Source: Acetatifactor sp. (GTDB taxonomy: Bacteria > Bacillota > Clostridia > Lachnospirales > Lachnospiraceae). From it: a DNA stretch of 64,000 nucleotides. The position numbers and the translations under genes were made by a program. Position 1 is the first letter of the stretch, and every line of letters starts with the position of its first letter. Where the stretch lies: positions 1,110 through 65,109 of the forward strand of contig JBJEJG010000040.1 in assembly GCA_051877795.1 (NCBI GenBank), written 5' to 3'. Shown piece by piece: positions 55,178-63,191 of this stretch. Under the pieces are notes generated by a model, which saw nothing but the letters and a program-made list of their open reading frames with translations, was not told where the DNA came from and made no database searches.

Positions 55178-55969
55178 ATGAAATTTGATATGCATTGTCA
55201 TACAAAAGAGGGTTCGCTGGATGGAAAGGTGCCCATTGAGGAATTTATTTTTAACCTGAAGAAAAAGGGGTTTGACGGGATGCTGGTCAGTGACCATAAT
55301 TCCTATAATGGGTACCGCAGCTGGAAGAAAAATCTGAAGGACAGGAAGTTTCGCGATTTTATAGTGTTGAAGGGAATTGAATATGATACCATCGATGCCG
55401 GACATATTCTTGTTATTATGCCGGAGACGGTTAAGCTGAGGATTCTGGAGCTGAGGGGACTGCCGGTGCAGTTTTTGATTGATATTGTTCATAGAAACGG
55501 CGGGATATTAGGTCCTGCGCATCCCTGTGGTGAGAAATACTTAAGTATCACCAACACAAGAAAGCATAAAAACCAGCTTGCAGTGATGGACAAGTTTGAT
55601 TTTATAGAAGGCTTTAACGCCTGTGAAAGCCCGGAAAGCAATGAAAAGGCGCAGCAGATTGCGGAGCAGTTTGAAAAGCCCGTGTTTGGCGGCAGCGATG
55701 CCCACAGAGAGGATTGCGTCGGACTTGGAGCCACCGAGTTCGCAGGGCAGATTACCTGTGAATCTGATTTGATAGCTTTGATTCTGGAAAAAGGAAGAGC
55801 GGCCTGCTCCTGCGGCGGCTCCTACTATGAGGGAACGACAAAGAAGAAAATCGGAAAAGTGAACGGGGTGCTTGTCCAGTCCTTTTGGTTTTACAACCAT
55901 ATCGGAAGCATTCTCCGCAGGCATAAGCGCCGCCTGGAACTGAAAAAAATGTATATTCGTATCAAATAA
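55178..55969 (+). CDS. PHP-domain metal-dependent phosphoesterase
   Basis: MKFDMHCHTKEGSLDG...MLVSDHNS...GPAHP...GGSDAHR is the PHP His/Asp pattern. The ATG at 55178 follows AAAGGAG; the ORF is open from 55064. An extended -10 (TGgTACAAT, 55139-55147) lies upstream. Confidence 0.8.
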   Translation: MKFDMHCHTKEGSLDGKVPIEEFIFNLKKKGFDGMLVSDHNSYNGYRSWKKNLKDRKFRDFIVLKGIEYDTIDAGHILVIMPETVKLRILELRGLPVQFLIDIVHRNGGILGPAHPCGEKYLSITNTRKHKNQLAVMDKFDFIEGFNACESPESNEKAQQIAEQFEKPVFGGSDAHREDCVGLGATEFAGQITCESDLIALILEKGRAACSCGGSYYEGTTKKKIGKVNGVLVQSFWFYNHIGSILRRHKRRLELKKMYIRIK

Positions 55970-56050
55970 TTACAGAATTGTTGCAATCTTTATATTTCAT
56001 GCGTGGTAATTCATAAAATCTTAAGGTGCATTTTATCAATAGTATGTTAT

Positions 56051-56097
56051 ACTCAATATGTAGTGAAAGGAAAACTACATATTGAGTGTTTTTGTTT
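56051..56097 (+). terminator. Strong rho-independent terminator or leader hairpin
   Basis: Perfect 14-bp stem actcaatatgtagt-gaaaggaaa-actacatattgagt, followed by GTTTTTGTTT. It is 82 nt after the PHP stop and only 29 nt before the next ATG. Confidence 0.8.
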
Positions 56098-56125
56098 AAG
56101 GGGTAAAAGAAGAGGAGTAGGAAAA

Positions 56126-58465
56126 ATGAGAAAATGGAAAGCATATTTTATGGCGCTGTCGCTTGTAAGTCTGACGGCGGTCATGACGGCATGCGGAGCT
56201 GCCGAGACAGATTCCGGAAAGGATAAGGACAGCGATACACGGGAGGAGGCAAAGGAATGGGTCTATGTGCCCGAGTTCACCGAACTTGAGGATGAGAATG
56301 CCTCTTATTATGATATGAAATTTGCCGGAGACTGCCTGTACTATGAGTCCTATAGCTTTGACGAGGAAACCGGTGTGTCCTCCCAGAGTATCTGTAAATA
56401 TTCTCTGGCAGACAAAAGCATCAGCAGGGTGGAGGTTCCGCTGAGCCCTTCCGAATCGGGCGAGGATGGCTCCTACAGTGGTCAGGGTATCAATGCATTC
56501 TCTGTTGCAGAGGATGGCAGTGTTGCGGTGGTACTCAATAATTATCGAAGTGACCCGAACGGTAATTATGAGTCATGGATGACCTTTGCAAAGTATGACG
56601 CAGAAGGAAATGAAATATTCAGCTGCGATATGAGAGAGGTCATGGGTGATGACGAGGAGAATCAGTATATCAGAAGCATTCTGACGGATGCCCAGGGACG
56701 TTTCTATCTCCCTGCCGACAGCAAAATCTGGCTTTTTGACGCGGAGGGTAACAGCTGCGGTGCTGCGGAGATGAACGCAGGCGGCAACAGTTGGATTAAC
56801 AGCTCAGGTGTCGGCAGGGACGGCAAGGCATATATCTGCTATTACAGCTATGACGGAAACAGCAGCAGCTACAATCTGACGGAAGTTGATTTTGACAAGA
56901 GGGCTCTCGGCACCACCTATGCAAATTTCCCCGGCGGGAACGGAGAATTGCTTAGTGCGGGCGTGGAGAAGGATTTTATTGTACACAACGGAAGCACTGT
57001 ATATGAATATGACATGGAAACACAGACAAGTGAGGAGCTTTTTGACTGGTTGGACAGTGATATCAACGGTTCCTTTGTGCAGGCAGTAGGTGTGCTGGAG
57101 GATGGCAGGATTCTTGCCATTATTCAGGACTGGAGCACTGACGAAAACAGCATTGCCCTGCTGACAAAGACACCTGCCAGCCAGGTGGCTCAGAAGGAGC
57201 AGATTCTCATCGGAACCATGTCGAGCGGCTCGGATTTGCAGGCTGCCGCAGTAAAATTTAACAGAAGCAGTGACAAATATCATGTTTCAATTAAAGAATA
57301 TATCGACTACAACAACTGGAACGAAAACAGCTGGAATGATGCCATTACCAGCCTGAACAACGATTTAACCTCTCAAAATTGTCCTGATATTATTGACTTG
57401 TCCGGACTGAACATTGCACAGCTGGCAGCAAAAGGGGTTTTTGAAGATTTAGCTCCCTATCTTGAAAAGAGTACAGTGCTGAGCAGGGAAGATTATCTGG
57501 AGAATATTCTGGAGGCTTATACCTATGACGGCAAGCTGGTCTCCATTCCCGGTTACTTTGAGATGCAGACGGTTATCGGACGTACTTCTGATGTGGGTAC
57601 GGAAATGGGTTGGTCATTGAGTGAACTGATGGCTTATGCGGATGCACATCCCAATGCGCAAATTTTTGACGGAGTGACAAAGGAATATATCATGCAGTAT
57701 TGTATGATGTATAACGAGGACAGCTTCATCGACTGGGAGAAGGCGGACTGCAACTTTGATACACAGGAATTCAAGGATTTGCTTGCCTTCGTAAATCGTT
57801 TCCCCGAGGAATACAACTGGAGTGAAAATGATGCATCCGAGGCTACCAAGATTCAGAACGGTGAGGTACTGCTTTCCAATGCCTACATCTATGATTTTGA
57901 CCAGATTCAGATGTACTATGAAATGTTTGGCGGTGAGATTACCTGTATCGGTTTCCCCACGGCGGACGGAAGTGCAGGCTGTGCGCTGCAGGCGGGTGAT
58001 ACCTATGCCATTACCTCCAAGTCAAAGGAAAAGGATGCTGCATGGAGCTTTATTGAGAGCTATTTAGGAGAACAGGACAGCGACAACAGAGGCTTTGGCT
58101 TCCCCACAAGGAAAACGGATTTGGATAAAATGGTAGAGGAAGCGACCAAGGTGGAATATCTGCTGGATGAAAACGGTAATCAGATACTGGACGAAAACGG
58201 CGAGCCGATTGTCATGGGCGGCGGCAGCAGTATCGGCTATCAGGACGGCTGGTCTTATACCTTCCGCGTTCCGACTCAGGAAGAGGTGGACTTAGTGCTT
58301 GAACTGATGGAGGTTGCAAAGCCGGTATCCTACAATGGCAACAATGAGATTCTGAATATCATTAACGAGGAGGCAGCCGCCTTCTTCAGCGGACAGAAGT
58401 CTGTGGACGAGGTGGCATCAATCATTCAGAGTCGTGTCAAGATTTTTGTAAGCGAGAACAGTTAA
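56126..58465 (+). CDS. Large lipoprotein: N-terminal extra domain (about 330 aa) fused to an ABC-transporter extracellular solute-binding domain
   Basis: Lipobox MRKWKAYFMALSLVSLTAVMTAC|G. The C-terminal part, about 430 aa (ILIGTMSSGSDLQAAAVKFNR...PDIIDLSGLNIAQLAAKGVFEDLAPYL...), resembles family-1 SBPs. The N-terminal region is rich in short beta-strand-like DG/YY motifs. The ORF is open from 56003. Confidence 0.8.
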   Translation: MRKWKAYFMALSLVSLTAVMTACGAAETDSGKDKDSDTREEAKEWVYVPEFTELEDENASYYDMKFAGDCLYYESYSFDEETGVSSQSICKYSLADKSISRVEVPLSPSESGEDGSYSGQGINAFSVAEDGSVAVVLNNYRSDPNGNYESWMTFAKYDAEGNEIFSCDMREVMGDDEENQYIRSILTDAQGRFYLPADSKIWLFDAEGNSCGAAEMNAGGNSWINSSGVGRDGKAYICYYSYDGNSSSYNLTEVDFDKRALGTTYANFPGGNGELLSAGVEKDFIVHNGSTVYEYDMETQTSEELFDWLDSDINGSFVQAVGVLEDGRILAIIQDWSTDENSIALLTKTPASQVAQKEQILIGTMSSGSDLQAAAVKFNRSSDKYHVSIKEYIDYNNWNENSWNDAITSLNNDLTSQNCPDIIDLSGLNIAQLAAKGVFEDLAPYLEKSTVLSREDYLENILEAYTYDGKLVSIPGYFEMQTVIGRTSDVGTEMGWSLSELMAYADAHPNAQIFDGVTKEYIMQYCMMYNEDSFIDWEKADCNFDTQEFKDLLAFVNRFPEEYNWSENDASEATKIQNGEVLLSNAYIYDFDQIQMYYEMFGGEITCIGFPTADGSAGCALQAGDTYAITSKSKEKDAAWSFIESYLGEQDSDNRGFGFPTRKTDLDKMVEEATKVEYLLDENGNQILDENGEPIVMGGGSSIGYQDGWSYTFRVPTQEEVDLVLELMEVAKPVSYNGNNEILNIINEEAAAFFSGQKSVDEVASIIQSRVKIFVSENS

Positions 58466-58485
58466 GCGGCAGGAGTATGTAAGAA

Positions 58486-59418
58486 GTGAGCAGAAAGCGG
58501 GAAAAGGTACTGCAAAAGGCAGAAGCCTCAAACAAGAGACATAAAAAAACGACACGCAGACTGCGTAAGCTGAAAATAAGCTCGGGAGCATTTATTGCTC
58601 CCAGCTTTCTTGGCGTGCTGTTGTTTTTTATTCTGCCCTTTCTTGTTGTCATCTATTATTCTCTGGTAGACAATCCCATCAGCGGGAACTTTGTCTTCCT
58701 GGATAATTTTAAGAGCATTATTGCAAATGCAGCATTCAGAAGGGCAGTACATAACACACTTACGTTTTCGGCGGTGGCAGTGCCGCTGGCAGTGGTGCTT
58801 TCCCTGCTTTTAGCGATTATGCTGGAGGCAAAGCTTCCTTTCCGAAGCCAGTTCAGAACCTTTTTTTTAAGTCCCATGATGGTTCCGGTGGCCTCCATCG
58901 TGCTAATCTGGCAGGTGCTGTTTCATTACAATGGTGTTGTAAATGATTTTCTTGCCATATTTGGGGCAGACAAGATAGACTGGCTGAAATCAGAGTATGC
59001 GCAGGTGGTTGTTGTCATATTATTTCTGTGGAAGAATCTCGGCTATAATATGATTCTGTTTATGGCGGCACTGGCAAGCATTCCGAAGGATATCCTGGAG
59101 GTGGCGCGGCTGGAGAGTGCGACACCGTTGCAGACCTTCTTTTATATTAAAATCAGATATTTGTCCTCCACGCTTTTGTTTGTGACAATTATGTCCCTGA
59201 TTAATTCCTTTAAGGTATTCCGTGAGGTATATCTGCTGACAGGCGATTATCCCTATGATACGATTTATATGCTGCAGCATTTTATGAATAACAAATTCAA
59301 GTCCCTTGATTACCAGACCTTGTCTGCAGCGGCAATCCTGATGTCTCTTGTCATGGTGGTAATCATCGGAATCCTTTTCCTTGCGGAAAATAAGTTCGGA
59401 AAGGATGTGGAAGGATGA
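58486..59418 (+). CDS. ABC transporter permease (CUT1/MalF-like)
   Basis: Six-TM pattern, with EAA-like loop IPKDILEVARLESATPLQTFFYIKIRYL. Confidence 0.9.
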   Translation: MSRKREKVLQKAEASNKRHKKTTRRLRKLKISSGAFIAPSFLGVLLFFILPFLVVIYYSLVDNPISGNFVFLDNFKSIIANAAFRRAVHNTLTFSAVAVPLAVVLSLLLAIMLEAKLPFRSQFRTFFLSPMMVPVASIVLIWQVLFHYNGVVNDFLAIFGADKIDWLKSEYAQVVVVILFLWKNLGYNMILFMAALASIPKDILEVARLESATPLQTFFYIKIRYLSSTLLFVTIMSLINSFKVFREVYLLTGDYPYDTIYMLQHFMNNKFKSLDYQTLSAAAILMSLVMVVIIGILFLAENKFGKDVEG

Positions 59419-60365
59419 GCAAGAAAAACACATCAGCACGAACCTCCGCCGGGCGCGGTCAGCGCAGCGCTGTGAAAAGAAAAAAAATCTGGCATTATGC
59501 AAAGATTACTCTTGCAACACTGGTTGCGGCATCCTTTGCAATCCTGTTTTTGATGCCGATTGTACTGACAATAACCAATTCCTTCATGTCTGCCTCGGAA
59601 ATTTCCGCCAATTACGGTTCTGTTTTCGCTACCAGTGATACAGGAGGAAAGGTTTATATTTCCGAAAAAGTAAATTTGAAATTTATTCCCGATATGGTTT
59701 CCTTCAGCCAGTATATCACAGTGCTCTTTAAAAGCCCTGAATACCTGTTGAAATTCTGGAATTCCGTGATTCTGGTGGGGCCTATCGTGGTGTTTCAGCT
59801 GATTGTGGCGTCTCTTGCATCCTATGGGTTTGCAAGATATCGCGGCAGACTCCGGCAGATAATCTTTTTTCTGTATATTATTTTGATGCTGATGCCCTAT
59901 CAGGTGACACTGGTGCCGAACTACTTAGTCAGTGAGTGGCTGAATCTTCTGGATACTAACTGGGCTATCTGGCTGCCGGGTATCTTTTCACCCTTTGCGG
60001 TATATCTGCTTACGAAATTTATGCGGCGTATTCCCGAATCGGTGATAGAAGCGGCGAAGATAGACGGGGCGGGTGAGTGGCAGATTTACAGAAAAATCTG
60101 TATGCCGCTCTGCAGAGGTGCCATCTGTTCTGCCGCCATTCTGGTGTTTATTGATTACTGGAACATGGTGGAGCAGCCGCTGATTTTAATGTCAGATGCG
60201 GAGAAGCATCCTCTGTCGGTGTTCCTAAGTAAAATTAATTCCGGCGAAATCGGTCTTGCCTTCGCCGTGGCTACAATTTACATGGTGCCCAGCCTGCTGA
60301 TATTCCTCTACGGTGAGGAATATCTGGTGGATGGAATCACTTACCAGGGCGGTATCAAAGGTTAG
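59415..60365 (+). CDS. ABC transporter permease (CUT1/MalG-like)
   Basis: EAA loop RRIPESVIEAAKIDGAGEWQIYRKICMPL. There is a 4-nt overlap with the preceding permease. Confidence 0.9.
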   Translation: MSKKNTSARTSAGRGQRSAVKRKKIWHYAKITLATLVAASFAILFLMPIVLTITNSFMSASEISANYGSVFATSDTGGKVYISEKVNLKFIPDMVSFSQYITVLFKSPEYLLKFWNSVILVGPIVVFQLIVASLASYGFARYRGRLRQIIFFLYIILMLMPYQVTLVPNYLVSEWLNLLDTNWAIWLPGIFSPFAVYLLTKFMRRIPESVIEAAKIDGAGEWQIYRKICMPLCRGAICSAAILVFIDYWNMVEQPLILMSDAEKHPLSVFLSKINSGEIGLAFAVATIYMVPSLLIFLYGEEYLVDGITYQGGIKG

Positions 60366-60389
60366 AAAATTTGTGAGGAGAGAAAAACG

Positions 60390-62015
60390 ATGAGTGAGAA
60401 CGGAAACAAAAGACGAGAATGGGTGAAAACAGCCGCTATCATATTTCTGGCGGTTCTGTTGGTACTTACCTTTTTCTCCAATACCATTCAAAACTACTCA
60501 CTGCCGGAGGTGGCAACCCAGTATGTACAGTCCGGCACCATAACTGCCAAGATACGTGGTACAGGCACTGTTGAGAGCGGTGATCCCTATAATGTAATGA
60601 TTAAGGAAACCAGAAAGGTCATGAGTGTGGCTGTCAGGGTTGGGGATCAGGTTCAGAAAGGTGACATACTTGTGTATCTGGAAGATTCGGAGAGCGAAGA
60701 ACTGAAAAGCGCAAAGGATACTCTGGAAAAAGCACAGGAGGCCTATGACCTGGCACTCCTTGCTGCTGATGTCAATGCGCAGGTGATTCAGGATGCAAGT
60801 GGTAATACATCTACGGTAAGCTACCGCCAACAGATTAATAATGCGCAGGCTGAGGCGGAGGAGGCAAAGAAGAATGTAGATGCATGGCAGTCAAAATATG
60901 ATAAGCTCAGCAATGAGATTGCCCTGCTTCCTGAGAACAGCGCAAATGTTTCTGATGAGACAAAAGCAGTGAATGAGTCTAAGAAGGAGTTGGATGCGGC
61001 AGACCAGGAATTGCAGGCGGCGCAAAATGAGCTGACTGATGCAAAAGCTGTTTTGGAGTATCAGGAAAGTGTCAGTGCGAGTGATGCAGTGATTGCAGAG
61101 ATAACAGAAAGATTAAAAAAGGCAGAACTGAATGTCATCAACAAACAAAGTGCTGCGAATGCAGCAAAGTTGAAATATGATAAGGCCGTTACCGCATTGG
61201 AAAATAAGAAGTCAGAGGGAGATAACGCAAATTCGATTGCGGCCCTGACGAGAGAACAGAGTTCAGCGTTGATTCAGCTGGAGGCTGCTAAGAAGGAATA
61301 TTCGGATAAAGAGGCGGCTGTGACGGAGTTAGCAGGGAATATTGCCAAGACATTAAATCTTCAGGGGCTGTTTGACGATATTGTGGATGCAAAGGAAGAA
61401 GTGGCAAAGCAGGAGGAAAAGGCAATCGGAGGTACGGTGACTGCTGATATTTCGGGAACTGTTATGACTATAAATGCGGTAGCGGGCAAAGAGGTTTCAG
61501 CAGCAGAGCCGATTGCTATTCTGCAGCCGGAAGGAAAGGGCTATACCATGAGCTTTTCCGTTACCAATGAGCAGGCGAAGCGTCTTTCTGTAGGTGACAG
61601 GGCAGACCTTGTCAATGCATGGCGTTACGATGACGTGGAGGTGACGCTGGCAAGTATTAAGCCGGACACAACAGACCCCGGGCAGAAGAAGCTTTTGACC
61701 TTTGACATCAGTGGAAGCGTGACAGCCGGACAGACTCTGAATGTTTCCGTGGGTCAGAAGAGTGCCAATTTTGACTGCATTGTGCCCAACAGTGCAGTTC
61801 GTGAAGACAACAACGGTAAATTTGTTCTGATTGTGGAATCCAAGTCAAGTCCTCTTGGAAACCGCTATGTGGCGACCCGTGTGGATGTGGAAGTGCTGGC
61901 AAGCGATGATACGCAGTCCGCAGTAAGCGGCGGCTTATATGGCTATGAATACGTTATTACCACTTCCTCTGCTCCCGTGGAGGCCGGAAAACTGGTGAGA
62001 CTGGCTGACAACTAA
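60390..62015 (+). CDS. HlyD-family (membrane-fusion/periplasmic adaptor-like) protein with a long coiled coil
   Basis: N-terminal TM and a lipoyl-like motif (GTITAKIRGTGTVES...VAVRVGDQVQKGDILVYLE). A coiled coil of about 250 aa follows, then a second lipoyl half (ADISGTVMTINAVAGKEVSAAEPIAIL) and a beta-barrel tail. Confidence 0.8.
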   Translation: MSENGNKRREWVKTAAIIFLAVLLVLTFFSNTIQNYSLPEVATQYVQSGTITAKIRGTGTVESGDPYNVMIKETRKVMSVAVRVGDQVQKGDILVYLEDSESEELKSAKDTLEKAQEAYDLALLAADVNAQVIQDASGNTSTVSYRQQINNAQAEAEEAKKNVDAWQSKYDKLSNEIALLPENSANVSDETKAVNESKKELDAADQELQAAQNELTDAKAVLEYQESVSASDAVIAEITERLKKAELNVINKQSAANAAKLKYDKAVTALENKKSEGDNANSIAALTREQSSALIQLEAAKKEYSDKEAAVTELAGNIAKTLNLQGLFDDIVDAKEEVAKQEEKAIGGTVTADISGTVMTINAVAGKEVSAAEPIAILQPEGKGYTMSFSVTNEQAKRLSVGDRADLVNAWRYDDVEVTLASIKPDTTDPGQKKLLTFDISGSVTAGQTLNVSVGQKSANFDCIVPNSAVREDNNGKFVLIVESKSSPLGNRYVATRVDVEVLASDDTQSAVSGGLYGYEYVITTSSAPVEAGKLVRLADN

Positions 62016-62020
62016 ATCCC

Positions 62021-63151
62021 ATGGAAATGAGGCGTGAGATGAAAAAAATCGTATTGGGCATAAGCGGAGGAGTATCCTTTCTGGTGTTCCTGATTTTGAT
62101 GCTTGTGGCACGTCACCTGGGACAGGAGCAGGATTCCCAGATGATGGCAGAGCGTTGGAGTGCCGACGGTGATGCGGCTCAGGTCAGCTGTTTCTTCTCT
62201 GTAAATGCTAATATTACAGAAGATACAATCTTTGAATTTGAACATACCATTGACAAGGCCCTTGCGGATGCGGGCGTGGTACAGGGCTCCGAGAATCCCG
62301 GGGCTAGGCTCTGGGCGGATGCCTACAGTGCTGACGGAAAGATTACCCTTTCCACTGAAAAAGGCTCTGTTGCGGCGGATGCTGTGGGGATTGGCGGCGA
62401 CTTCTTTCTGTTCCATCCCGGAAAACTTCTGTATGGAGCTTACTTTTCGGGGAATGACCTGATGCAGGACTACTGCGTTATAGATGAAGATGCGGCATGG
62501 CAGCTGTTCGGTTCTTCGGATGTGGCGGGCATGACAGTCTATATCGGCGGAATCCCTCATATTGTCACCGGTGTGGTAGAGAGAGCGGAAGGCCGGCTGG
62601 AGAAGGCAGCGGGACTGGACAGTACTTTAGTGTATGTATCTTACCAGACGCTTTCGGAGCTTGGAAGCTGTAACGGAATCAATCATTATGAGATTGTTAT
62701 GCCTGACCCGGTTTCGGAGTTTGCCTGTAAGTATGTGAAAGATAACCTTGGTTCGGATGAGAAGGAGACAGAAGTAGTGGAGAATACCTCCAGATATTCT
62801 CTGCTCTCCAGATTGAAGCTGATTCGGGAGTTTGGAACGCGGTCCATGAACGGGAGGGCGATTCTTTATCCCTATTGGGAAAATGTGGCCAGAGGCTATG
62901 AGGATATTCTGGCTGTAATCACTCTCTTTGAACTGCTGTTCCTAATCTATGCGGTTGTGATTGCACTGGTATTGTTTGGAAGCTGGTGGCGTCACAAGGG
63001 CTGGACGCTGAAGGAAAAGCGCCTGATGCTTCAGGATAAGGCGGAGCGGCTTGTGGAAAGAAACCGGGTGCGTCATCTGGAAAAGAAAGCGGGCAAGGGA
63101 TCTATAAAAGACAGAAGGCCGGAAAGAAAAGAATCAGGGAAATTGAAATAG
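62021..63151 (+). CDS. Bitopic membrane protein resembling a MacB/FtsX periplasmic core domain, without the FtsX 4-TM bundle
   Basis: TM1 is VLGISGGVSFLVFLILMLV. The extracytoplasmic domain, about 270 aa, includes DYCVIDEDAAWQLFGSSDVAGMTVYIGGIPHIVTGVVE (MacB_PCD-like). A single TM2 is ILAVITLFELLFLIYAVVIALVLF, followed by a basic tail. Alternative starts are at 62027 and 62039. Confidence 0.55.
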   Translation: MEMRREMKKIVLGISGGVSFLVFLILMLVARHLGQEQDSQMMAERWSADGDAAQVSCFFSVNANITEDTIFEFEHTIDKALADAGVVQGSENPGARLWADAYSADGKITLSTEKGSVAADAVGIGGDFFLFHPGKLLYGAYFSGNDLMQDYCVIDEDAAWQLFGSSDVAGMTVYIGGIPHIVTGVVERAEGRLEKAAGLDSTLVYVSYQTLSELGSCNGINHYEIVMPDPVSEFACKYVKDNLGSDEKETEVVENTSRYSLLSRLKLIREFGTRSMNGRAILYPYWENVARGYEDILAVITLFELLFLIYAVVIALVLFGSWWRHKGWTLKEKRLMLQDKAERLVERNRVRHLEKKAGKGSIKDRRPERKESGKLK

Positions 63152-63191
63152 AAGATTTGGATTCAAAAACAGAAAGTCAGGAGGAGGAAGC

